From: Macrostomum hystrix
Taxonomy: Eukaryota; Animalia; Platyhelminthes
Assembly (NCBI GenBank): GCA_950097015.1
Contig: CATNEN010000029.1
Span: 5,456,001-5,520,000, forward strand
Reading direction: 5' to 3'
Length of the DNA: 64,000 bases
The notes under the pieces are model-generated. The model was not told where the DNA came from. It ran no database searches and saw only the letters and a program-made list of their open reading frames with translations. Both the position numbers and the translations under genes were made by a program. Positions 12,901 through 23,662 of the stretch are shown piece after piece; position 1 is the stretch's first letter, and every line of letters begins with the position of its first letter.

Positions 12901-15556
12901 ATTGGGACGATTCTTTCTGGTATTGGGACGATTCTTTCTGGTATTGGGACGATTCTTTCTGCTATTGGGACGATTCTTTCTGGTATTGGGACGATTCTTT
13001 CTGCTATTGGGACGATTTTTTCTGGTATTGGGACGATTCTTTCTGCTATTGCTTCGATTTTATCTCTAGTTGGGATGATTCTACCTAAAATTATAGCGCC
13101 GATTTTACACTGACTAAAATGGGGTATGGTTCTGCCAAGGATCAAGACAAGAGTTTTCTTGGTGTACAAACTAAAGCAAAAGATATTTGAATAAAACACT
13201 TCTCAAGCACTGACTACAGAGATCAGTTGACCGGGTGCATTCAGAAAAAAAGCTAGCCCACAAAGTAGCAACAGCACCCAGTCCTAAATGCTTTCTAAAC
13301 TGTTTGAAGTGACTCAGAGCAGCCGCTCTTTAAGACTCTCCCCAGACTCGACCTCCACCCGGCCTTCCATTTTCTTTCCGAGTTTAATAACTTAAACTGG
13401 AAGTCTTCTCCGTATGAATTGTACACTAGCTATTGAATTCGCATGCGAACTAAACCCTGCCTTAGCCATACTAGCTTGTAAACAATAAAGCCATTCTCTA
13501 TGTTTCTTAGAATCGGCCACTACTTTACTCTCAGCATAAAGACAGCTCGGTAGACGCCACTCGCCAGTTCTATCAGGCGGTCTCGATTCCGCTGCAAATA
13601 CAGTTAAGCTAATAACACATAAAAAATATCAGCTTACAGAATTGGCAGCGGAGAAACCCGCCCCCTACATATGCATGCGTAATTAGAGTATTGAACACCC
13701 CAGCCTGGCACACTTCTCTGACATAAGCACCGATTAATAATTCAGGGCTCGCATAGATTTTGCAATAAGTACTATTTAAGACTAGTTCAAAATGACATCA
13801 ACCAAGGCTAGAACGAACCATTGTACATTCTTTTATGAAATAGCATGGATAGTGAAATTGAAACTGACAACAATTAAAAGAATCAGTGCATGAGCTGAAA
13901 TCAAACTCACCTTTCTCATTTTCGTTGAAGCTCTGCGGACTGGGATTTGAAGAAACGAAAGTTTTTAACTCTTCATTGATGTCGAATCCTAATGAGCTGG
14001 TGTCCCAGGAATTCACACCTGCACAAATTCATTGTTACCATTTAAGTTCATTTTTATCAATAAGAATATATATATATATGCATATAAGTGATATTAACTT
14101 GGGCAAGCAGATGGTAATTTTTTTCATTGTAGCAAACCAGCAAAAAGTCTTAAGATCTAAATTTCTAAGCAAACAGAAGCAAAAAAATGTATTGCTTGCA
14201 TCAATATATGTACAATAAGACTAAAACTTAAATTTTTTTATTAGCTAGTCTTAAAGCTCTAGTCTAACCACTATGGCCTAGAAAAATGTGACACTATGAC
14301 AGAAAGTGCATTTTGCTTTTTAACTGGCTAGCTATATCACTGCATCAGCATCTCTAGACATAGCCATTATAATACATAATTCTAAGCTCATATATTAGTT
14401 TGCTATCCTTGGTAGGGTATATAGACAAGACCTACATGTTTAGTTATATTTAATCTAGTTCTAAATTACTTTTTGTCTTAATTAGGACCAATTAGGACAA
14501 ATTAATTCACACTATTAATTTGAGTGATCTACATAATTATAATTCTATAGACCCAGTATAGCATTAGGCATTAGGCCTCTATAATTATATTATTAGCAAA
14601 TGTTCTTTAAGATCTAGACCTTTTATATAATTATTCTTTTATAATTGTAGGAGAGCTACAGGCATGGTACATCATTTGGTGACCCTAGACCTGTAGCCAG
14701 CAAGGAGGCGACTCTGCCCATTCCACTGACTTCTGAGCACACTATGCACATAGATATCATATGCTGGCATAGTTTAGACAGGTCTGCACATTGGCCTTGA
14801 CTTTCTTGTCATCAGGCAGTATACACTTTCACAATGCCTTGGAAGTTGGCCCTTAAGGATATAAATTGCATAACAAGTCCCCTCTTTTACTTCTCTCTGC
14901 AGCTGCAACCCAAATAAATCTGGCCTTGCCACAGACTCGAGCTCAAGGACCTGCAATAGGCAAACAGATTAGATTGCTCTGCCATTCCCAAAATAGGCCT
15001 ATAAGGTAATAATCAAAATGATATTTTTTGATACATTTTTTGTAAAATTTACAAACTTTTAGAAAATAAAGTTGCTGGGCAAATTATGAAAAATAATAGC
15101 TAGACCTACTAATAGAATTAAAAAAAGTCTACATTGTAGATATTTAAAATAAGGCTTGATATGCCCAGACATTAAATTCATTTTTTTTAGTTTTTCTTAT
15201 TTAAAAATAAGGCAAAAATATAGAATAAGGTCTGGACTAAATTCAAAGCCCGATTCTTTACTTAAAGTCAAAAGTTTAAGCACAAGATGGGCTGAAGCAG
15301 AGCATTTCATAGATTTTTGTCCAGTTTCAACACCTGAATTACATCCCTGCCAAGCTAAAATTGACATAGTAAAGTGTAGACCTAACAAATACTCACTTTG
15401 ATCACTCTGACAGCACTGGTTGCGGAAGCAAAGACAAGTAGTGCATTAAATGATTAAACAACGCTTACCAAGAATTATCAATTCAGACAAGGGTCCAATA
15501 TCATCGTCCGTGAGGCATTCACCAGTAATTAAAAACAGACATGATGTAGCTGCCAT
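3936..15556 (-). CDS. futsch: Microtubule-associated protein 1 family (MAP1A/1B/1S, futsch-like), about 851 aa; exons complement(15469..15556, 13911..14018, 7652..7901, 7086..7449, 5369..6526, 3936..4523)
   Basis: The N-terminal MAP1 domain is recovered across exons: CLFLITGE...LG|VNSWDT...DINEELKTFVS, VINP, GDWLLKDGS, GNIRIQKPTLYVFPAGLGD, FWPFLAHLDR|LDGLLLSHWDHDNLPGL. A K/A/P-rich basic region follows. The light-chain C-terminus reads FDLAYVP...EYFKRVRARYYVLS...LDALLEGK...VTLIPTH. All junctions are GT-AG with matching phases (total 2556 nt). Confidence 0.92.
4551..5342. repeat. 32-bp minisatellite (aaccctaaccaggttgctggaatgtggtgtac), about 25 copies, MAP1 last intron
   Basis: Direct tandem units visible; each unit contains AACCCTAACC. 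Confidence 0.96.
6624..7030. repeat. Degenerate 21-22 bp minisatellite (gggacttcaggacactgcgat-like), MAP1 intron 4
   Basis: Recurrent gggacttcaggaca core. Confidence 0.92.
7483..7625. repeat. 21-bp minisatellite (gactgtcagcctactgcaaca), about 6-7 copies, MAP1 intron 3
   Basis: Tandem units visible; they translate as the spurious QPTATDC repeat. Confidence 0.92.
7984..8300. repeat. Decayed about 22-bp minisatellite (ttccaactaagatttcggacga-like), MAP1 intron 2
   Basis: Recurrent gattcc/taagatttcggacg motifs at about 22-bp spacing. Confidence 0.75.
10040..13083. repeat. About 3 kb compound array: 23-bp unit gggatgattcttactggagtcac (with 28-bp ggggtgaggtg variants) grading into a 21-bp unit gggacgattctttctg(g/c)tatt; MAP1 intron 2
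   Basis: Tandem units visible, with an internal 825-bp duplication marked by rare variants. Confidence 0.97.
14655..14990 (-). mobile_element. tRNA-headed SINE, copy 1 (MAP1 intron 1)
   Basis: Clearly similar to 49644-49996 (shared gccagcaaggaggc..ctgcccattccactgac and gccttgacttt...caggcagt..acacttt). The minus-strand head has A-box-like TGGCAGAGCAA and B-box-like GCTCGAGTC. Confidence 0.7.
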
Positions 15557-17562
15557 TATTTTAGATGCACAAAGACTGCAGTTAACTCTTCCTTCTGCTG
15601 TTGCTGAGCTGACACTGACTACAGTTTAAAGAAGACTAAAGTGCTTACAAACCGGCAAGTAAATTAAGTTTTTACATAGTGAAAAACCCACCTCATTCAA
15701 AATAGCCACTCAAAAAAATAATCATTTAAACAAGCGTGAGATACTTTACTACATAAAATAACCTATCTTTTGTCAATTATGAAAAGAGTGCTTAATTAAA
15801 TTCGTAAAGAACTCTCGCTTACATTCAGAGATCTTCAAGCAAATATGTAATCACTACTTTTGGCGTAACCAGGATCAACATTACTATTTTTCTCTGCGCT
15901 TTCGGATCATCCATCCGAAGATGTAAACGATATAATTTAGTAGCCCGTGAGTACATTGACTTGTTGGGGATATTCATACATTTTGATTACAAGAATGCTG
16001 CAAATTCTCGCAATGAGATCACAGCTCATTTCGATGTACTATATAATTTCGCTAAAACCTTTAAATTTCATGTTTATCTGCATCTCATCTGCCTTTCAGC
16101 TGCACTCAAGGACTACAAAAATACAAGAGCTTTCCCATATGTAAATTGTCTTGATCGCTGCGAAACTCGGCAAACCTCGTAGGGCCTATCGTTTTCTGGA
16201 ATTTGATCGATTTATTGTGCACATTTTTTTCATTCAAACTTTTTCAAGCTACACAAGCTTAGTAAAAATTAAAGCTCAAGCTGCTTAATTAATATTTTAA
16301 TTAATATTATTTATGATTGTTATTGCACTTGCCCAACTGGGCCAGATGTGCAGCCGACAGAACAGCGGCAGCTATTGCGCGGCGCATCTGAAGGTCACGC
16401 ATGGCAGTTCAGTCCATGGACTGGGGAGATGTACATCACACTCAGTGTCACCCATACCCCGTTCAACAGCTGGGTTCGACGCTCAAGCCACTAGGCTACA
16501 ATCCCCCCTGCAACTTCTTAACGTCTATACTCTTATATTGTAGTAAGAGTTATGGGGTTAGTTGAGAAGTCTGTCAAACAAACATTCACATCTGTACATG
16601 TGATGTGTACACAGGGGATGATCATCAAGGCAAATTTATTTACAAATGATTTTTATCGAACTTATGAACTTACTTATGTCTATATTTGTTGGATTATAAG
16701 GCATAAAGTGAAAGTAAACGAGCAGCGAATAGAATTCTTGCAGCAAATGTCAATAAACATGCAAATTAGTTTCTGCTACATGTGCTTTTTAGGCTTCGAT
16801 AAAATTAAGTCTATATAAATATATTTGGACATCGATCTAATACACATGTACAACATGAGAACGTGAGGTCAATAATAGGTCAGAATATAGTGAGGCACAA
16901 TAGTGAGGTACAATACATGTATTAATTGTTTCATCTATCGGTATTGCAAAAACTACTGCTTGTTCTCAAGCAACTATTTAATTGCTCAGAGTCTAAAAGT
17001 AGAATTTAAGAATAGTAATTAAAATAGGATCAGTTGTCAGTTGCTTCGAGACTATTTTTTGCCGAACAGAATCCATGGCCATTTTTATTGCAACCCATCG
17101 ACTTCTAGATATTTTCTTCCTCAATCTGTTTTCCTCCACCTTGTTTTGCTTCTCTGCTGTTGTTAAGTACTTTACACGCAAATGCATTATTGCTCAGCCG
17201 TCCTGCATCGCAGTGCGTGTCAACGTAGCAGTTTATAGTCACGTGCTTTGAGCAGGTGATTTGAGCGAAGCGAGTGAGCCGTTAAAGTTAGATGGTGCAA
17301 CAAATTAACGTATATTTGACACTGTGCTGCAGAAATTTCACAGAAAAAAACGAGCTGTGGTGTATAGTATTTATAAAGCTTAACTTATTTGAGACAAAGT
17401 AGGATTAAAACAGCGCTTATAACGCGATGACAAAGATTAGCGCTCCATTAAGCATTTAATCGTTCGTTTTGTATAGCTAGACATAAAATTTAAGAAGAAG
17501 GCTGAGAGTTTCTTCAACACGAACTGAGGCAGAAATATTAGATAATATTCATTTGCTCGATT

Positions 17563-17773
17563 CTGATTGGCCAAAAGTTGGACTGCCAACCAATAAGAAT
17601 GTAGTCCGGGTTAGAAAACAATACGCATACGCTTGTCTCTGATTGGCTGAGAGTAAAATTGCCAGCCAATAAGAACCGGGGCCGGGGGTAGAAAAAGAGC
17701 GTAATAGTTCAGAAAGTGCATATGAGCCGCGATTAGAAAATACATGCTTCTTCTAATTTCGATTGCAGATTGG
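17563..17773. promoter_or_regulatory. Cluster of five CCAAT/ATTGG boxes (a degenerate 76-bp duplication), candidate MAP1 promoter
   Basis: CTGATTGG at 17563 and 17639, CCAAT at 17590 and 17666, ATTGG at about 17769; about 2 kb upstream of the MAP1 ATG. Confidence 0.35.
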
Positions 17774-18247
17774 CATCAGCCATACTATTAGAATAATTTT
17801 ATATTACTTTTTTTTCACCGCATCAACTTCAAGGAAAACAACTAGTACATCATTACGAGCCTTATAAGCAATTCTTGAGTTACTTTGCTTGAGATAAGGA
17901 ACGCTTTAATGCTATGCAGAAGTAATTTTTACACAACAGGTCTGACTACGAAGTGAAACGAATAGTGACCAGAAAATCAGAATCATAATATTAGATTATT
18001 ATTGCGTCGTTAAAAATTTCACAGTAAATAAAAAAAGAAACAGGCCAGTTACAGACAGTTACAGTTAAGTACAGTGGTTCTTGTTTGATAATTCACACGA
18101 GAAGTCTTACAGAAATTCGCTTAGAGAATATTTTTTTAATCCGGTTTAGAATGATTATTTTTAAAACACAGTCATATGGACAAATGTTTTGAATCGTGTA
18201 TCGGTGGCCATCAGCCAATCAGATCTGATCCTGAATGCCCCAGCCAA

Positions 18248-21200
18248 TCAGATCTGATCCTGAATATCCTCCTTGTATCGTCTGCCACTTTTCTGACCAT
18301 CCTTGCCGCTGCGGTTGGACCTGAAAGTTCAGCGTTAGACTTGCAATTTCTTCAATACTTAGACTCTACTTTGAGTCTACTGTATAAAGTATTGTGATAA
18401 GTTTTGAGAAATTTCAGCCGTTTCAATGACCCCCAACTCACAGAAAGCAACAGTTGGAGCAGCAGTAGGTTTTGTCCTGCTCGTCAGACGAGCGAATCTC
18501 GGTCCCGCTATTGTTCCTGGCCCGGAAGCAGCACAGGTAGATAATGATTAGGCCGGCCATTGTGGCCAAGAGTAGGCCCCAGATAGTCAGCTGTTGCAGG
18601 CTGCGGGTTTGTCAAATTTTCTTTCAGTTATTTTTTTTGCCGTCAATCAAAGAAGGAGGTTTAACGTTGTCTACTAGGCAAAAAGCTTAACAGTCGTTTG
18701 TAATTTTCGTGCGAATCGTTATTTGATTTGACATTCTCTTTGACGTCTAAACTCGAGCTTTTGAGCTAGCTAGTATATAATCAGTTAATTCATTCACTGA
18801 GGCACAGACAGACAGTGGCAAATTCTGCTAAAATAACCCAACAATTCCATTTTGTGAATTATTTCTGTCCACGAATTGAAAAGTCGCTGTGAGAACAATA
18901 ATTTCTAATCCCCAAGAGAAACAAATTTTGTTTAAATTTAATTGAGTCGCCACAATGCACGCACACAAAAATGGCCGTTGAATCGTGCGTGCCGCTGTCA
19001 CCGATCAATCCCCACTGAGATTAGGCTGGTGGGGATACAGAACCGACCCCACTGCCGTCACGGTCTGTTGGGATTGATTGGGCTTATGCCAACTCCTCGC
19101 CGAGACAGACACGGACATTGCTGCATTCAACTGCCAAGGCTAATAAAATTAAACTAAATCTCCCTGGCCCGTATGGAAGGAGGACTTAAAGAGTGATTTT
19201 GAGAGGCCGCGAGACGACACCGTCTTGACGGAACCGCCTGACAGCTGCTGCAGTAGCGAATATCCCGGGATAAACGCTTCCTACTTATGGGTGGGGGAGA
19301 TATCTTGCCTAGAGAGGAACACAGCTGTCAATTTCGTTTCAATTATTGAAATAGATTGCTCCGCTCACCCAGCTAGCGACTCGAGACGCACAGCTCAAAT
19401 CTGTGAGTGCCCTGACCACCATACTCATGGCAGTCATTATTGTCCTGAATTTCTGCTATTTTCCACTTCTGTCTATTGTTTTTCTCGATTTTTCAGTCTC
19501 CAACCGTCTCTTTGTGTTAAAAACAAATGCCATTTTTTAAACTGACGATGCGGGATAGGCAAACTAGAAAAACAGGAATTATGGATTTTAGCTACTTTCT
19601 GACAGCTGAAAGCAGACAAAAGCAATATACCATTCATGAAAGACATGAAATATTTCTTTATATTCCTTTTGTATTGCTAGAAAAATACGTGGCGCGGCTC
19701 TTAGTGTTGCTATGCCATTATTCATCTCGAATGACTGGGTTCAGTCCTGAACTAACATTTAAGTGCGTTTCTAACGCTATAGTGCGTCCATCACTACACA
19801 CGCGCGCTGCTGTTGTGATGGCGGACGGTTTGTCAGACCTGTTCGACACCTCGTCAGGCGTGCTACAAGGCGACACGCTAGCGCCGTACCTGTTCTAGGT
19901 GCTCCTGGACTAGGTGCCCCCATCAGCAGACGAGGGCTTCCTGCTTTGCAGACGCATCGGCCGTCGCACACAATGAGTAGCGACTGAGCGTGCCTGGCTA
20001 CGCCGACGACTTCGCCCTCCTGTCTTCGTCAGTCGAATTGGTCTGGCGTCAGCGCCAGACGGTCTGGTTCCCAACGTAGAGGAGGACCTTCGGCTGCGCA
20101 GAGGACTTGCCTGGGCGGCCTACCGGTCGGTTCAAGCCGTCCTCCAGTCCGAAGCGCTGCCAGACCGCCAGAGGGCTCGTCTGAGGCAGGCGGTGGTCGA
20201 CACCGTCCTGCTGTACAAAGCTGAGACGTGGACGCTGACAGCCATGCTAGAGCGGCAGTTGGACTCGGCGCACTCGGAGCCTTTCAACCTGACGAGAGCG
20301 TCGGGACCGAGGCCCTGTACGAGATGGCCCAGCTGCAACGCCCATCCAAAATCCTGCGCCGACGGCGACTTCAACTGGTCCACGTGACTTGCACGTGATC
20401 CGGGCCGAGAGCTACTGCCCCCAACCTGTTCAGGCCGTCTTGCCGCTGACTCTGCAGGGACCGTTCAGGCGGGGCCAAGCGCGAACTCGGAGATCCGAGG
20501 ACTGCATTTTCAGGCATGATGATTTTGTTTGGTCGCTGGCTCTGCGGCGCGCCATCTGACGCTGCCCCTGACTGTTCCGTTTGCGACTTTAACGTTTCGT
20601 GGCGTTGCTGTTGTTGCTAGTGCGTCCATCACTGCACACAATCATTCAGTGCGTCCATCACTGCACACAATCATTCAGTGCGTCCATCACTGCACACAAT
20701 CATTCAGTGCGTCCATCACTGCACACAGTCATTCAGTGCGTCCATCACTGCACACAATCATTCAGTGCGTCCATCACTGCACACAGTCATTCAGTGCGTC
20801 CATCACTGCACACAGTCATTCAGTGCGTCCATCACTGCACACAGTCATTCAGTGCGTCCATCACTGCACACAGTCATTCTGTGCGTCCATCACTGCACAC
20901 AGTCATTCAGTGCGTCCATCACTGCACACAGTCATTCAGTGCGTCCATCACTGCACACAGTCATTCAGTGCGTCCATCACTGCACACAGTCATTCAGTGC
21001 GTCCATCACTGCACACAATTTCATTTCTGGTTCAAAAAGTTGAGCTGTTTTCGTGAAATCTGGGTCGAGTCGCGATGTAATATACTAGTATGTACTTAAG
21101 GCTATACCGTACCACACTTATAGGCCAGCGACATGACTCCACTCAGATTTATCTGAGCTGAGCTGAAGGCCATGTTTAGCCGTTCCCGTAGAAGAGGCAG

Positions 21201-23180
21201 GGTTTAAGGTTTTCCAGACAGAAAGCAATGACTATCATCTTCTGGAGGCAAGAGATTTCCAATACAGATGGAAAAACTCTTTGGCCGGATATAACTTTTG
21301 ATTTGAGTGGCTCAAATCTGGAACGAAAGCGAGCGAGCACAGTTGGAGTACCGACGAACTGGATCTCGATATTGAGTGTTAAGAGAGGCCGAGTCAAGGA
21401 CAATCCTCTTTGAGCTGTTTCTCCGCTGACAAAGCACACATCACGTGACTTAATCTTTACTCCTCCAACTTCTCCAGCTTGTAGCACGTGATAATTTTGC
21501 AAGTGGTAGTCACGTGATCTCTCCCTATGGTCACGTGAAGCTGCAAACTATGAATACTTTAATTACAGCAAGTAGTTGATAAGCCCAGCTTAAACCTTCA
21601 AAGCAATAGTTGTTTTCTCAACTCTGAAGCTCGCAAATCTCTTTAAATTAGCATTTGCGTGACGCTCTGGGATATTTCCATATTTTAAGTTAATTGTGAT
21701 TCTCACTCGATTTTGGACTGGGGGTGTGGCTGTGACAGCTTGAAGTGCGAGCATGAGATTCAGGTAAGAGATTCGGGTGTGAGATTCAGGCATGAGATTC
21801 AGGCATGCGATTCAGGCATGAGATTCAGGCATGAGATTCAGGCATGAGATTCAGGCATGAGATTCAGGCATGAGATTCAAGCTTGATATTCAGGCATGAG
21901 ATTCAGGTATGAGATTCAGGCATGAGATTCAGGCATGAGATTCAGGCATGAGATTCAGGCATGAGATTCAGGCATGAGATTCAGGAATGAGATTCAGGCA
22001 TGAGATTCAGGCATGAGATTCAGGCATGAGATTCAGGTATGAGATTCAGGCATGAGATTCAGGCATGAGATTCAGGTATGAGATTCAGGCATGAGATTCA
22101 GGCATGAGATTCAGGCATGAGATTCAGGCATGAGATTCAGGCATGAGATTCAGGCATGAGATTCAGGCATGAGATTCAGGTATGAGATTCAAGCTTGATA
22201 TTTAGGCATCAGATTCAGGCATGAGATTCAGGCATGAGATTCAGGCATGAGATTCAGGCATGAGATTCAGGCATGAGATTCAGGCATGAGATTCAGGTAT
22301 GAGATTCAAGCTTGATATTTAGGCATCAGATTCAGGCATGAGATTCAGGCATGAGATTCAGGCATGAGATTCAGGTATGAGATTCAGGCATGAGATTCAG
22401 GCATGAGATTCAGGCATGAGATTCAGGCATGAGATTCAGGCATGAGATTCAAGCTTGATATTTAGGCATCAGATTCAGGCATGAGATTCAGGCATGAGAT
22501 TCAGGCATGAGATTCAGGCATTAGATTCAGGCATGAGATTCAGGCATGAGATTCAGGTATGAGATTCAGGCATGAGATTCAGGCATGAGATTCAGGCATG
22601 AGATTCAGGCATGAGATTCAGGCATGAGATTCAGGCATGAGATTCAGGTATGAGATTCAGGCATGAGATTCTGGTATGAGATTCAGGCATGAGATTCAGG
22701 CATGAGATTCAGGTATGAGATTCAAGCTTGATATTTAGGCATCAGATTCAGGCATGAGATTCAGGCATGAGATTCAGGCATGAGATTCCGGCATGAGATT
22801 CAGGCATGAGATTCAGGCATGAGATTCTGGTATGAGATTCAGGCATGAGATTCAGGCATGAGATTCAGGCATGAGATTCTGGTATGAGATTCAGGCATGA
22901 AATTCAGGCATGAGATTCAGGCATGAGATTCAGGCATGAGATTCACTCACATGGTGCGCTGGGTTGGGTCGTAGTTGCAGCAGGTGCTGAGGTCGCCCTC
23001 TTGGCAACAGTTTGGCTTGTCGCTGTCATTGCACTGGTACATATTGTAGGGGTCCGGGTTGGACGGGTTTTTGTCGCGGTAGCACAGAGTTCCGGTGGCA
23101 GAAGCTAAGCCTACAAGGCGAAGGCCTATCATAATCGTGACGGCCAACAGCCGATGTCCTGAGCACTGCTCCTGTAACAT
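18248..23180 (-). CDS. Small Shisa-like (WBP1/VOPP1-type, six-cysteine) single-pass membrane protein, about 153 aa; exons complement(22951..23180, 18442..18600, 18248..18320); without the third exon it would stop at 18438
   Basis: Signal-peptide-like N-terminus, then an ectodomain LCY...YQC...NCC...TCC (C-C-CC-CC), a TM segment LTIWGLLLATMAGLIIIYL, juxtamembrane CC and cytoplasmic CCSNCC. Junction phases match (donor GTGAGT at 22950, acceptor CGCAG at 18601; donor GTGAGT at 18441, acceptor TTTCAG at 18321). Confidence 0.72.
19801..20617 (+). mobile_element. 5'-truncated, decayed RTE-type non-LTR retrotransposon fragment with target-site duplication
   Basis: RT motifs GVLQGDTLAPYLF and YADDFALL; C-terminal AVVDTVLLYKAETWTLT...RQLD; in-frame stops; short gttgctgttgtt tail. 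Flanked by tagtgcgtccatcact(a/g)cacac at 19780 and 20618. Confidence 0.85.
20381..20397. promoter_or_regulatory. Perfect ChoRE-type element CACGTG-N5-CACGTG
   Basis: The sequence cacgtgacttgcacgtg is seen directly; function is untested. Confidence 0.4.
20618..21018. repeat. 29-bp minisatellite (tcattcagtgcgtccatcactgcacacag), about 14 copies
   Basis: Tandem units; the first unit is the right-hand TSD copy of the adjacent LINE fragment. Confidence 0.96.
21441..21539. promoter_or_regulatory. Cluster of four CACGTG E-boxes, three CLEAR-like (GTCACGTGA); candidate bHLH-ZIP enhancer
   Basis: CACGTG at 21442, 21485, 21511 and 21532. Confidence 0.45.
21785..22944. repeat. 13-bp minisatellite (gagattcaggcat), about 85-90 copies, with a recurrent aagcttgatatttaggcatca variant; abuts the donor of Shisa-like intron 1
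   Basis: Tandem units visible. Confidence 0.97.
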
Positions 23181-23662
23181 TGCTGCTGCTGCTGCTGCTG
23201 TTGTTTATTTTGTTGCTGTTGCTGTTGCTGCTGCTGCGAGCATTTTCTCTAAAGAAGCATGCGAGATATGCTTCAGCACAGGGAAAGCCGTGGGGCGGTT
23301 GGGGAACGGAGCTGCAGCCAATCAGACAGAAGCAAATCTGGGCGCCAGCAACAAACAGAGCATGAAAAAACGGGAAACAATAGAAGAAACGCGATCTGTT
23401 CCGAGACAAGCGGCGTTTCGCGCTTCGTCCCTGAGATGCCATATCTTCCTCTTCCGGCTTGCCACCTATTCAGGCCGAGACAATGGCAACACGCGACCCA
23501 CTGAACCGCTCTCTCGTTCGGCGACAGTCAGGCGACAACTGTTTGATGAGGGGGATTAAGTATAGCTTAGCAGATATCCAGCACAATGGGCTGAATATTT
23601 TTTCGTAAATTGTCTCCCTTACTTTTACCCTTGGAGGCTAATTGAATGACAATTTTTGCCTA

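Noticed and set aside
12408-13199. Amphipathic heptad ORFs (GTILSAI / ERIVPIA) resembling membrane or ice-binding repeats
   Set aside because: They arise from the 21-bp variant of the intronic array, grade into the non-3n 23-bp unit, and have no splice or start context.
16300-16510. tRNA-like 5' end on the minus strand (GGGGATTGTAGCCTAGTGG)
   Set aside because: An A-box is present but there is no convincing B-box/T-arm or acceptor stem; at most a decayed SINE head, not a tRNA gene.
21176-21502. 108-aa minus-strand ORF in the Shisa-like intron
   Set aside because: No recognisable motif, a non-ATG start and no splice support.
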